A stretch of 64,000 bases of DNA. Origin: Octopus sinensis. Lineage: Eukaryota. Position numbers and translations under genes: made by a program. Shown piece by piece: positions 40,425 to 53,970 of this stretch. How positions within the stretch are numbered: position 1 is the stretch's first letter; every line of letters begins with the position of its first letter. The stretch covers positions 37,510,001-37,574,000 of the forward strand of contig NC_042998.1 in NCBI RefSeq assembly GCF_006345805.1, in the 5' to 3' direction. The notes beneath the pieces were generated by a model. It was not told the DNA's origin, ran no database searches, and saw only the letters and a list, made by a program, of their open reading frames with translations.

Positions 40425-40430
<6 letters not shown>

Positions 40431-40580
40431 GTTGGAATTTACAGAAATACAAAATAAGACGAAAACGGGTGTGTAAACAACAAACAAATGTACTAATTTG
40501 ACGCCCGGGAGAGTGAGAAAGTATTTTACGTTTCGAGCCTACGCTCTTCAACAGAAAGGAACACAGAAATAAGCAGAGAG
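40425..40580 (-). mobile_element. Short repeat with hammerhead-like motif; second copy at 58690-58845 (+)
   Basis: The two loci are reverse-complement similar over about 150 bp; motif cttt-CTGTTGA-a-gagc/gctc-GAAACGTA-aaa. Confidence 0.7.
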
Positions 40581-40601
40581 AGAGAAAATAGTGTGTATGT
40601 G

Positions 40602-40652
<51 letters not shown>

Positions 40653-41114
40653 TATAAATTCCCTAATTTATATATTAAATATTTATATTGTGAATTTTGA
40701 TTTAATACTAAATTGAAGTTTTCCCTGTAAGTTTGGAGTTATGCTCCCCAATATTATATATATATATATATTATATATATATATATATATAATATATATA
40801 CACACACACTCGTATAAACATACACATATATACGCACACCTTATCCACGTATATGTAAACTCACACACAGATATACAGAGACGCATAAATTTATGCATAC
40901 ATAAAATTAATAACCATGCACATATACAAATAGACATACATACGCATTCACCTATACACAAACATATTTGAATATATATATGTGTGTGTGTGTATACACT
41001 TTACAACATACGAAGAAAATTTCGGCGGGCAGAGTAGAAAAAAAATTAAATATAATAAGCATAAAGCTTTTCTTATTGCTTGTTCCCTCGCTTTTCACAC
41101 GCACATACGCACAC

Positions 41115-41149
<35 letters not shown>

Positions 41150-42056
41150 ACTAGAGTGTTCATTAAAAATTTCTTCTGACTCGCGTTTGTTTATTGCAGG
41201 AAAAGGAACTTGTACATGTATAATCCCACATGTGTCTACATATCACATTGTAAATTGCAGCTTTTCTCTATTATTCGTTTGCCTGACGTGTGCTAAGGTG
41301 TTATAATGGAGGCAGTTGAATGCAGATCAGTGATCAGGTTGTTATACTTGAAAGATCGTACACCAAATGAAACTTTCGATGAGATGAATGAAGTTTATGG
41401 TGATGATGCACCATCATGCGCCGTAGCCATGCACTGGAATCGTCAGATCAAATGTAATTGGACACCGGTGAAAACTGCTAATATTCCTGGGCGACCACGT
41501 TCCGCCATTGATAACGACACCATCCATAAAGTGGAAGCCGCCATTTTGGAGGATCGCCGCATAACTATTCGGCAACTATCCCATCAAGTGAAGATAAGTG
41601 TAGGGTCCGTGGAAAAAATCATTCACGACCAATTGCGCATATGGAGATTGTCTGCACGATGGATTCCCCGGATGCTCACACCTTTTCAGAAACAGGAATA
41701 AGTCAATTGCTCCCAGGCTCTTTTGGCAATATTCCAAGAAATGAGGAGGACTTTTTCGGCAGACGTATCACACAAGATGAAACATGGGTCCATCACTATT
41801 ATCCTGAAACTAAAGTCCACTCGAAGCAATGGAAGCATAACAACTCATCACCCCCAAATTAAGCTTGTGCCTCTCCCTGATCAGGCAAGATGATGCTCAG
41901 TCCTTTGTAACCAGCACGGAGTAGTGATGATATAATTTCTGGCAAAGGGCACAAAAATTAACGGGGTCGTATTATGCTTCTCTGCTGCAGAAATTGCGGT
42001 ACACCATCAAAGCAGAGATGCGTGGCATGCTAACCTAAAGAGTCCATCTCCTCCAA
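41150..42056 (+). pseudogene. mariner (DD34D-type) transposase relic, 3'-truncated
   Basis: HTH region ...GRPRSA...ILEDRRITIRQLS, WIPRML motif, ITQDETWVHHYYPETK.HSKQW; stops and frameshifts; ends at RVHLLQ before the second catalytic Asp. Confidence 0.9.
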
Positions 42057-42399
42057 TATTTATTCGATTTCTGTTTCATCTGCTAGGTATAAATGTAGAA
42101 AGGGCCAGATATTTACATATTCATTACGCAGGAAACTCTATCCTCATAGATATAGCAGAGAGATACCTACACCCCTTAGTACTGTTAATGATGGAAATGA
42201 CTTGATGGGCCTAGATTTTAAGAGCATTGAAAAGAAAAAAAGGCAAAAACAGTCAGAATCTGTAAGAAAATAACGCCATTTTATAACATGTGAATTAAAG
42301 AACTTTGAAGCAAGTCAATATTGTTTTGCCTTATGAAATGTAAATATTTGGAAACCTTAATTCAATAACAAGAAAAGCGAAAACCGTGCATGGTGAGAT

Positions 42400-42790
42400 C
42401 AGGCATATCTTGTGAAATTAATTGCAATCAGCGTGAGAGAGAAATGAGTCCTAAGAGCATTCATACAACTCATTACAAGCCTTCATCATAAATAGGCGAA
42501 AGATTATCAATGCTGCAAAGTTGTGGCTTCACAGATGCACTCTAAAAGTGTCCAATGCAGCTAACATGAAAACTTCGAAATCCTTAAGCAAAGACCAGTG
42601 AAAAGCTTCAGAGCTACATAAGGTGGTCACAGTCTTAATTTATTGGAAACAATGTGACAGGACATGCTTGCTTATTTGGTGCCAACTGGGAACACAAAAA
42701 CAACGCTGACAAGAGTGAAAAGATATTGGATGGCGTTACCAGAAGGATTTAGAAAGTTCTGACCCATAAGAATTGAATGCAGCTCATACC
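42400..42790 (+). pseudogene. Possible older mariner relic
   Basis: Weak remnants resembling SPKSIH and KVVTVLIYW (KVMxxVFW-like); heavily degraded. Confidence 0.3.
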
Positions 42791-43084
42791 TTTAAGTCTA
42801 TAGCTATAAGTATGGCTCATACGCGTGTGTGTGTGCGTGTATACAATACAGGGAGGCCTTCCATTTGTATGTGCATGGCTTTGATAGAATTATATTTCGT
42901 TTTGCAAGCGAGTTAGTGAATGAGAGGTACAGATTTTCTTTATAAAAATGGTAATACAGACATGATGCTTGTGGGTGCAGATAAAGAGACGGTTTTGTTC
43001 ATATCATATTTTCCAGTAATTATCATTTGGTAAGTAGGTTTTTTATCATTTTTCCCTCTTACCCATGCACAGAATAGAGCAAGC

Positions 43085-43305
43085 CATCTTTTCTAACAAA
43101 TTTTGGCACAGGGCCAGCAACTGTGAGGGAGGGGTCAGTAATTGACATTGAGTCCCAATGCTCAACTAGCTCCTATTATATTGACCCCCAAATGGATGAA
43201 AGGCCAAGCAAATTTCGATAGAATTAAAAGTTTGTAAGTAAATCCGGACGAAATGCCGTAAAGCATTTTATCCGGCGTTATAATGGTTCTGCCAGCTCTA
43301 CTGCC
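43085..43305 (-). mobile_element. SINE family A, degenerate
   Basis: Head aaggcagtagagctggcagaacc at the right end; ttttggcacagggccagc tail. Confidence 0.7.
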
Positions 43306-43405
43306 TTGCAAGAGTCCATTATATTAAAAGATACACGTGCACAAGCTGCCATAATTTGCATAAACATTAAAACAGTGGAGAAGCTCATAATTTACACAGG
43401 CGCGC

Positions 43406-43444
<39 letters not shown>

Positions 43445-43894
43445 CAGAAACACACAAATGCAAAACGAAAGAAGATAAAAAATTTAAATGCATTTGTGTG
43501 TTTACACACACACAGAAACAAACGCTACAGAAATGAATGAAACCGTAATAATTCGTTTTGTCCCTAGCGAATACACGAAATTCATTCTTTAGAAATAGTA
43601 TTGAAAAAAAATTTTGTTAGATGGCACTGACTAATTTTTCAAACAAAGAAATAAGGGGAAAGAAACAAATGTTCAAAAACGAATAAAAGGACTTCATCTA
43701 AAAAAAAAACAACAATTTAATCAATTAACTTCTTCCTTATATGGTTTTCTCATTACGCAATAATTTTCTTCTCTTTTCGTAAATCTTCAACCTTCTACAA
43801 CATGAATCCGATAAAATTGCCAAACTAGGAAACAAAACATGACGGGTTATAATTTCGATTAAAATGTTTGTTTGATAGCAAAGGCTAATTGCAT

Positions 43895-43997
43895 GAAGTG
43901 TGACAGGGTAGTAAAGAATATTGTTTTGCAACCACATGACGCTGGGTTCAATCTCACTATGTGGCACCTTAGACATGTGTCTTATACTATAGCGGAC
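43895..43997 (+). mobile_element. Truncated tRNA/CORE-type SINE
   Basis: caaccacatgacgctgggttcaatctcactatgtggcaccttagacatgtgtctt (B box plus CORE-like block). Confidence 0.55.
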
Positions 43998-45588
43998 CGT
44001 CGACTATATAGGTGTGTGTGTGTGTGTAAATGAATAAAAGTAAATGCATAGACGCGTTTTGGACAAGTCTTTCTCTACTGTCTCCAACGGAAACACTTTT
44101 AACCAATTTATGCCAAAAGTTTTTTATTCATAATTTTTGGCTTTGCCAGTGTCTCGGGAGTTAAAATAATATATAGTATTTAAATTTTTTTCATATGTGA
44201 ATTATTTTGGAAATTATAAATTTTTCGAAAAGTCCCAAATAGGAATCGCTAGATAAAATAATTTTTATCCATTTTTGTTCAATTGCAATAATAAGCATTT
44301 TAGTTTTATTTTTTTATTTTTTTAAACTATAGTATCAAATTCGAAGGTGTGTGGAACATCAATGAATGATATAGATGGGAAATACAAACAAAAAAAGTTT
44401 TCAAAGTATTCAATATTTTTGTAGTTCAAAAATTGCGAATTATGACATAAAATGTCCTCTGGAATTAGCCGGAGCAAATAATGACAAACTTTAACTACTA
44501 AATATTGTTAAACACACCCGTGTGGATGCAAGGTACGTAAGCAATTAACTTTAAATACAACGAAAAACCGGCAGTGAGACTGTTTTTAGCAGGTCCCCTA
44601 ATGGGGCTCATAGCAGGCAATGCGTTTAATGTATCCATTTAATATTTTACGAAATAAACCAGTGCATCACCATCTACAATGAAATATTTTAAACAATGCT
44701 TCCTGTCGCTTACGTTTGAGATAAATTGCTTCTTCCTATACACTGCATCCTTGCTACTAATTATCTTTTTGCTGTCTACTTATTTCTTTCAGCATCGTAT
44801 AGCTTGAGGGGCGATCTTTAACAACTGCACATACACACACGCACGAACACACACATAAATATATATATATACATATGTACACATTCTGTGTTAACAAGTA
44901 CAACCTTGCGACAATGTAAACTTTCATTTAATCAAAATATCCTTGGCCTGTAGAGTAGCCTGCGGTATATACCTCGATTGGATATTTACCGCTTCTGAGG
45001 CTCCGCTCGCTATGAAACATATGTAGCCCGAAATATAAAGAAATTCTGTTTTAATTTATAGTATTTCGATAAGAAAAAAATCACCAACATCCCACCTTAG
45101 TAAACCACTATTGTCCCCGAAAGGTGTTTTTTATATTGGATCTTATATATATACACATATATATATGACAAGAAATAATTTTCGTTTCTTTTTATGGAAA
45201 TAAAACAGGACTGCAAAAAAGAGCTCAAGTGAAATTGAGATAGACAAAATATCATTGATTAGAGAACAAACATCAAACTTTATATAACACCACGCTTCTA
45301 TACATTTCATCGCATAAAAATAATACCATGGCCTTTGACATATCAAAGAAGTACATATACAAGCACCGAAGGTAAAAAATATATGGGCACATCTAAAAAT
45401 GCCAACTATATAGAAGGACATATCCGGAAAAAGTATATACAAATCGATTAGAATAGATTATCAAAACGAATTACTAAAATATATCAATCAACTAAAGATT
45501 TTTTTACGTCTCGATTAAAAGTATATCAAAATTGTTTTTAAAAATGAGGCAATCCATGGTAGGTCCGGTATACAAGGAGCGTAAGAGA

Positions 45589-45624
<36 letters not shown>

Positions 45625-45626
<2 letters not shown>

Positions 45627-45935
45627 TCTCAGTGGTTAGAGCGTCGAGTTTACGATCGTAAGGTTGTGAGTTCGAATCCCGGACCGGGCTGCGTGTTGTG
45701 CTCTTGAGCAAGACACTTTATTTCACGTCGCTCCAGAAATGAGTTGCGACATCACTGGTGCCAAGCTGTATCGGCCTTTGTCCTTCCCTTGGTTAACACT
45801 GGTGACGTGGAGACGAGGAGGCCGGTATGCATGGGCGACTGCTGGTCTTCCATAAAACAACCTTGCTTGGACTTGTGCCCGGAAGGGTAACTTTCTAGGC
45901 GCAATCCGATGGTCAGTCATGACCGAAGGCGGTCT
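45625..45935 (+). mobile_element. tRNA/CORE-type SINE
   Basis: agtggttagagcg...gagttcgaatccc...ttgtgctcttgagcaagacactttatttcacg shared with 28746-29070; different tail. Confidence 0.85.
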
Positions 45936-46037
45936 GTGTTACGCTCCTCGGATACTGGACATACTATGGATTACTTCATTTTTAAAAACGAACTATTTTG
46001 ATATATTTTTAACCGAGGGTTATATAAATATGTATAC

Positions 46038-46350
46038 GTGGAGGCGCAATGGCCAAGTGGTTAGGGTAGCGGACTTGCAGTCGTAGGACCACGGTTTCGA
46101 TTCCGAGACCGGGCGTTGTGAGTGTTTATTGAGGGAAAACACCTAAAGCTCCAAGAGGCTACGACAGGGGTTGGTGACGATCCTTGCTGTACTCTTTTGC
46201 TAAAACTGTCTCTCACTCTTTCCTCTGTTGGTCTGCTCCCTTAGCCAGCGGGGTGGCGTCATTTGAAGACTAAAACAATGCGAAATGCATTGTGACCAGC
46301 GATGTATAGCAAAATCTGATAGCCTGGTCGGTCACGGTGATCACGGTCAT
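46038..46350 (+). mobile_element. tRNA-headed SINE (third family)
   Basis: ggcgcaatggccaagtggttagg (A box), ggtttcgattcc (B box); tail shared with 21722-21830. Confidence 0.8.
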
Positions 46351-49300
46351 ATATGTATAGATGTACATATATAATCATATATACATATATATACACACAC
46401 ACATGTACACACACTCACACATATGTATATGTGTATATACATATGAATATTTATTCAAAGACAGAAATACATACGTAGATTACAGAATGTGTACGTGTGT
46501 GTGTTTGCGCGCGCGAGTATTATTGTTTGGTGATTTCCACTCGTTTGAGGCCAAGGTGAAAGGTTGAATGAAATATTTCATTTAGTAATTAATTTTATTG
46601 ACCTCTTGAAAGTAGAAAGAAGAAAGCCAAATTGTCTTCACCCGACATAGAGTAGAACACTAATGGGGCGTAGTCTTCCCATCTTATTATTTCTCTCTCT
46701 CTCTCTTTTTTTTCTCTCTCTCTCTCTCTCGCTCTCTCGCGTTTCAAACAGCTCACTTATTCGAGTATTACCGCTATCAAATACTTAATGTATATGATTT
46801 GTTAAACGCTATAAACTGTGTTTATTCTAAAAGAGATTCCTTCAAAGGAGCTTTATAGAGTTAAAAACATACTAATCTTCAGGGCAAAGTGAAATGAAAT
46901 CATTCCGAAGTGATTGAAAGTGATAGAAACTGATATTCCATGGTTACTTGAAAGCAACACTGAAGAGGGTAAGTAACACAAAATATCGCTCGTCGTCACT
47001 TACCGGGTGATTTTATTTCGCCTATCTCTGAGGTATAGTGTGATTATTAGCACTACACGTCATTTAAAAGGAACTACTTTGGATTAAATATCACTGATTT
47101 GTAGCATTAAGCATATGATATTGGTAATACTTGAGTCACTGAGCATGTGATTGGTTTTGTTCGGCTTGTGGTGTTCTAAAAGAATTTCATTAGCAATGTT
47201 TTGCCATTTCATGCGATTCTAGTCTCAGACTATTGACACAAACTTCATCGTTCACAGATAAAAATAATCGTTTTGAAAGTGTTTACTTTCATGATATCTG
47301 ACAAAGTGAACTGAAGTCAGCATTAGTATACACTGCCTTGGCAAATGAAGACAACATGTTTTGAGTGGTTAACGTTTTCATATCAGGCAGTCAATCATAA
47401 CTCACATACAATCATAAAAACCGCACATACAAACACACACACACGCCCACAGATTTCTCACATTTCATCTTGCTTATATTTACGACAAATCATTCAACAA
47501 AGATTAAGATAATAAACTTTCCAGACATTCACTACGTAGCGGCAATCTCACTTTATCGAAGCCAATTATGGCTTAATGTTACGCCCATTTCTTTTTATTC
47601 TAAATATCTAAATATTAATTTTCCGTTAATTTGTATATGCTTTTAGAAATTTAATTCTCGTTCCTCTTCCATTAATTTTATTCAAACTCATTTCTTCGTC
47701 ACGAAATTTGCATTTGCCATGATATAGCTTTGCATCTTTACACTCGTTTATTGAGAGTTTGATATTTCCTTATACCATACTCCTCCGCTCTCACAAGCCA
47801 TACTTTTCCGCTCTCATACAACTGGGTCCTAACCTTCTTTCGATAATATGTCACAGACTATTACTTTAAGAGTAATTATTTGATTAGGCTCCATCGTGTA
47901 ATGAAAATACCTTCTAGCCTACGGTTCACACTACATTTATAATTTGACCAGCGATGTCTAATGGGTTTGATTTATCACTGTTTTTTCGAATTTTTAATTA
48001 CTCTACTTTCTTCTTGATATTTTTGTCTCTAATTAATTATACTTATTTGTCCATATTTGTAAACACAAAATAATTGATATTTTGCTTGAAGAAAGTTCAT
48101 CCGAGTCTGTCAATTTTTCCCATAATGTGACTATTTTATAACAAATGAAATATACTTTCAGTTCACAGTGAGACACATAACAATAACAGCAATCGTTGAA
48201 ATTAGATTTTTTTTTTCTTTTTCGACATATATTTCTATATTCAAATATTTTTTATCAATCAATTGTTAGCGACATTTCATTCACAAAGTGGCTCACTAGA
48301 GTCTGACTGACGGACTCCGGAGAGCTACTGCGCGTCGTTTTATTTTCTTTTGAAGAGTTTGTTGTTTAGCATTTTATTTTATTTTAATATATCTCAGTAT
48401 ATTTATTAATTACTCCATCTTGGACAACATTAGATACGAATATTGTTTCGAAATGTTTGGGAGTCAACAGTTTACTAACTATTAAGTGCGTGTTGCTTGT
48501 ATTTCAGTTAGCATGTTCAAATACAATTAAATGAATGTAGCTTTGGAGAAGAATCCCTATGGCAGTACCATTCCACCAAAACTAACTAAAAGCATTTCAT
48601 TTTGTAATAATATTTGAAACAGTATATTGCCTCTACAATTCAAAATGGAATGCTCTCTTCCTGCTATTTCTTCATATGCGGTATTACTTAGATCTTTCCT
48701 AATGGTAATCGTTTAATTCATATTCTATCGGATGTAGGGGAGTGTTGTTTCTTATTTAAGAATGCTTTGCCTAAATTGTCTGCGCCGATACTCTGATATT
48801 TAATCGGGTATCATATTCAGAGTGGTTTAACATTTGATTGGTAGCTGAAATAAACTTTAGTTTAATTAGTTTGCGCTAATTTACGCTTTTAATATCATTA
48901 AATCTTTTGACTAATTTACGCTATGGTGTCAAATATGCATTTGTCCTTGTTTAAAAATCAAAGACTGTCCGTTAGCTCCCACTACATTTATATAGTTCTC
49001 TTTGTTATGAAATTACTTCCTTTGTATGATTACTTAACAGACGACACATTTAACTTGACAAAAATATATAGTTTTGTCGCGTGAAACGACTTCATGATTA
49101 CAATGTATGTGACAAATTTCTTTCGAAGGAAGATTATGAATAAAGTAAATGAATTAATAACGGGATGTGTATGTAGGACGGAACCAATCCGTAAGATGTA
49201 GCAATTTTATGTGGTTAACGTGTTGAGAAATACATTTAATTATATATGAATAGGAATTACTTCCTAGCGGAGCATCATCATTGTTTTATGCTCAGCAGTG

Positions 49301-51419
49301 TACTGCTGGGAAAAAAAACGAAATTTAAGAAAACAAAACAAAAAGTAAAAGGTAATAAAGAATCAGTTGGAAAAACATAGTAATGAAAGAATCTGCTTCT
49401 TCAACTGTCCAACATTACTAAGCGGAATACAACAAAGCAAGTAATTCTTCAGCAATCCTCATCACATTTACCCTCTAACCAATAGAACAGAATCTTTTCA
49501 ATAAATATAATATCACTCGTAGCTGTGACTGTTATTTCAACGTTGGTAACCATGGAGATAGAAATAACAGAATATCTTGCTCGATCATACATGCATCCGT
49601 ATTACAATCCGCCAATATAGCGAATGTCTCACAATATTTAAAATATATGCAGTTAAATTCTTCGTAAAGATGCCATGGAAAATGTATTTGAACACCCGCA
49701 GATGGTATATTTAGTAGCAAATTGAAATAATATACATTAAATCATCTTTTATATTAAATCATATATTAAATCATCTTTTGAGAAAATGTTGCATCGTTAC
49801 GCCAAGATTTGAATGAGGCTGATAATTTATGAATGATTAGGGCGGTAAATGAGGATGGCATCATTGCGTCAGTTGATTAAAGAAATGGTTTTTACTCTTT
49901 TGTTGTGAAAATAAATCCAACGATTTATTCTCAGACAGATTTGAGAATAAATAAGTATTGAATAACTTATTTCAAAGCAATCAGATAATCAATAAGAAAG
50001 GATATATGCTATACTCTCTACTCCGATAGACAGAATTATATTGAAAGTAAGACATCTCTATTGGTTAATCCAATATGCTTGACCCTCGTGCTGAACTAAA
50101 GTGACCCCAAACCGAGAGAATGTGCAGCTAAAGAAACTATTAATAATTCATATTTCAGGCATATATTTACTATATTTAATATGAGCTAGCATCTATTCTG
50201 GCAGAGTTTTGAGAAGCAAATATATAAATGTTATTATTTGCGTAACTCCTTCATCCGAATTCCGCCTCGTATGCTTACATACATACATACATATATATTC
50301 ATACACACATATAAACACACACACATATATACACATGAATATATATAATGCGCGTGGCGTGTGTATTTTTGTGTGCGTTAGTGTAAATACATGCATAAAT
50401 ATCGAGGCTTTTAAAGCGATTACAATTGTAGCTCTATTTGGCATGAATTGCTAATTGATAGATAAAATATTTTAATGGACTGTTTATCGGCGCATAATGT
50501 CTATGAACATTGGCTGGAAGCTGTGTTGCTGTTGTCTTTTGTTTTTCCAGTGCGCTGAACATTGGCCTTCTATGAGATGAAAAGCAGCAAATGGTAATAG
50601 GATTACTTTCTAACAATCCAATTAGATGTCAGAAAGGCAAGACCTAAGGGGTTTATAAATGTTGGCATATGACCTTTGTTGTATGTTGACTAAGCGTGAC
50701 ATAAAACTAATTATCACCGTCTAAAATTGGTTAATAATGTTTTTTTTTTCGAATTATTATTACTAAAACATATATTAGAAGCCTATACACTTTGTCACAC
50801 GGTCACACACGCATATTCACACTCATGCATCCAAATATAATATAGATCTATGCATATACATTTACATATATTTAGATGTATACACGTGCAGAAATAGGAT
50901 ACAAATTTAGATAGTCAGAAGGACAACTAGATTTAATAGATTTATATATATATACATGGACCAGGATTTCTTCGAAGTATATTAAATATATTCACATTTC
51001 CTTACGTTTATATTTCATTTAGATTAGTAATGTTCCTAAGTCATCTTGCCTTACATCTATCCATTTATCTATCCATCAACCTACATACATACGCACCAAC
51101 ACCACACACACACACACACACACACACACACCACACACACACACACACACACAACACACACACACACTCATGCACACACTCACAAGTATCCACTCAAACG
51201 TTTGTGTTATATTTATAATTTCAATGAGCTGCCTGATCCCTTTTTTGTGGAGTCTAAACTCCATTAATTATATTGGCACTAATTGTTCGTTTATCAGTAA
51301 ATTTCACTCACAGGCGCCGGTACACCGTCGCCTGTGAGTATAGCGCTGCGAATTCGTGTATAATACGTTTTTGTAAAATCAATGTTAAATTTTAATATAT
51401 ACTTTTAATAAATACTTTA

Positions 51420-52225
51420 ATAAATACTTTCAAGCATTTTGTTGCGTTCGAGGCATATATCATGCTCTAACTGCACGTTACTCCGTCTGTGTTTGCACAC
51501 CAACATAACCTACGTGTTTGGAAATAGATTCTATAGGAGAATAAGAGAGCTTTTTCAGAATATTGCAAGTTCGAAGGATCCATTCAGCAAGTCATCTGCA
51601 TTTTATTGCCAACTTAATAATATACACCTGTGAGGGTGCATCAGTACTCATGTCAATGACCAAATCACTGATTTTGATGTAGGGAATGCAATCCTCAAGT
51701 GTCACGTTTGCATTTCATTCAGCTTCTTGTGTTGGAAGCGCAGGGCTCGGAATTTTCTAGCGTTAAACTGCATATTATTCTAGCCCACCTGTATACTGCA
51801 TTCAACTTCTGTTGCAGGTGCGCAACATCTCCAGGGTTGTGTATCCTCTGAGAGACGTTCGTAACACCTGCATAGCTATCAAAAGGTTTGAGTAGCTGAG
51901 GGCATCTCTGTGAGGGTTACTATGTATAGCAGCGGCCCCAAGAGAGTGCACTGTGGGAATCCACTCATTATCATCATTTCGTTGTCTACTACTATCTGAT
52001 TTCCATTTTTTAGAAAGTCATGAAGCCACTCTCCAAGTTTTCCAACTATACAGAGATTTCGCAGCTTGCGACATATTATTCCACAATTGATTTATCAAGC
52101 GCTTTTGCAAATTTGAGATATATCAAGTCCACATTTGATTTGTTGGGCAGCTGCTCTCACATCCAGTTGTAGTACAGGAAGAGCTGCGGCAGACAATTTC
52201 TACTTGGTCGAAAACTATGATGGGT
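51420..52225 (-). pseudogene. CR1/L2/Jockey-group reverse transcriptase relic
   Basis: Minus strand HHSFRPSRNCLPQL...NVDLIYLKFAKALDK and SGFPQCTLLGPLLYI, which are RT motifs of the HGFR.G.SC / DF.KAFD / GVPQG..LGP type. Confidence 0.85.
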
Positions 52226-52363
52226 GTCAGTTAGTCAGTCACTCTCTTCAAGAAATCCAATTAATTTCCTTCAGAATATTCGCTCCATGACTTCGCTGAT
52301 GTGTGATGTCAGAGAGACACGCTGTGAGATATGTGTGTATCTACATATATACATTCACACACA

Positions 52364-52420
<57 letters not shown>

Positions 52421-52518
52421 AGTACTTCAAGTGTAGAAAATACGACTGTAAAACCGTTGTTTCGGTGTGGCGAACAGAAAGCTTTAATTCTAATATTATG
52501 AAGACAATGAAATTCTTC

Positions 52519-52742
52519 AACACATATTTAATGATTTCTTACAATTGTTTCTGTACAAACTCTTCTTGCAACGCCAGTTTACGTTAAAATTTTTAAAGAC
52601 GCACCTTTTATGCAAATATGAAGTGCCAATCTAACGTGTAAACCGCAAACTTTACGTAAATTTTTACATCGAATTTTTGCATAAACTGGCGTTGAAAGTA
52701 GAGTTAAAACAAATAATTCTAACGAATCATTAAAGATGTGTT
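52519..52742. repeat. Degenerate ~73-bp inverted repeat (old MITE?)
   Basis: aacacatatttaatgatt...caacgccagttta (52519-52592) versus the reverse complement of 52672-52742. Confidence 0.6.
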
Positions 52743-53097
52743 AGAGTTTTTTTGTCGTATCACCTCAAACACTCAACATACATATATATATATTGTGTAA
52801 GATAATGTTCGAGGTTATTCAACCGTCTAAGGGATAGATGTGTAAGTCACTAAAATGTAAGACTATTGAATTAACATTTTCCTTTCTTTTCCTTCTATTT
52901 CTCTTTCTATTTTACCTTCTATTTATCTTCGCCATATAACCGTTCTAAAGATGTTTATCAATTGTAACGAGATAAATGCAAATTTATCCCATTCTGATAA
53001 ATAGAAACAGCTGTAAATATACTCTCATTTTAATTAAATAATGACTTTAAAACACCAATGATCTACTTCTCATTAATTATTGCTCTATTTCATATCG

Positions 53098-53176
<79 letters not shown>

Positions 53177-53185
53177 GTTTTCCGA

Positions 53186-53259
53186 TGGCCGGATAACTGA
53201 AGAGACGGCGGCGTGGATTTTCACCTCGGCATTCGAAACTCGGAGTTTTATCATGGCTA
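53186..53259 (+). ncRNA. Candidate type I hammerhead ribozyme with canonical core
   Basis: gataa-CTGAAGA-[G...C stem II]-GAAA-ctcggag-T-T-ttatc; stem I extends with tggcc/ggcta. Confidence 0.6.
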
Positions 53260-53928
53260 CCGAATAATTGTCACATATTACTTTTACATATATATATATA
53301 TATATGTATATAGTATGTACTACATGCACACAAACGTGTTTACGATGACATTTGAAATCGGACATTCAAAACAGTAACTACGAATTTATCAAGTAAGGAA
53401 AATTAGGTTATTCTGTAGTACAATGAAAACGTATTACCGAATGCAAGCATCACCCATTGGAAATATTGCTGTTTTAATTGGGCGGGAATGTAAAGTTACA
53501 GGTGAATATGGAAATGCATTATAATAGCACTTCTGCTTTAAATATTGATAAGGATATTAATTCTTTCGAGGCAACAATTATGTTTCAATAATCGATATCA
53601 GATAACGTCTACTTGCAAAAATAAAGATAAAAAAAGCCATATATGCATAGATGTGTGTTTGTGTGAGTGTGTATATGCGAAATTATGCATGCATGAGCTT
53701 CCGTGTCACTGTATAGACTAGGTATTCTCACACATATTGTCTCTCTCATATCCTTACACATGCATATCTACGCAAAATATACGAGAAACATATATGCATA
53801 CATACAGATAAAACGTACAGATATATATAGATATATATAAAGTAAATCAATCTATCAGCTCTGTGTATATATATATATATATATCTATATACATATACAC
53901 ACAGATGATAGATTCATTTACTTGTATG

Positions 53929-53970
<42 letters not shown>

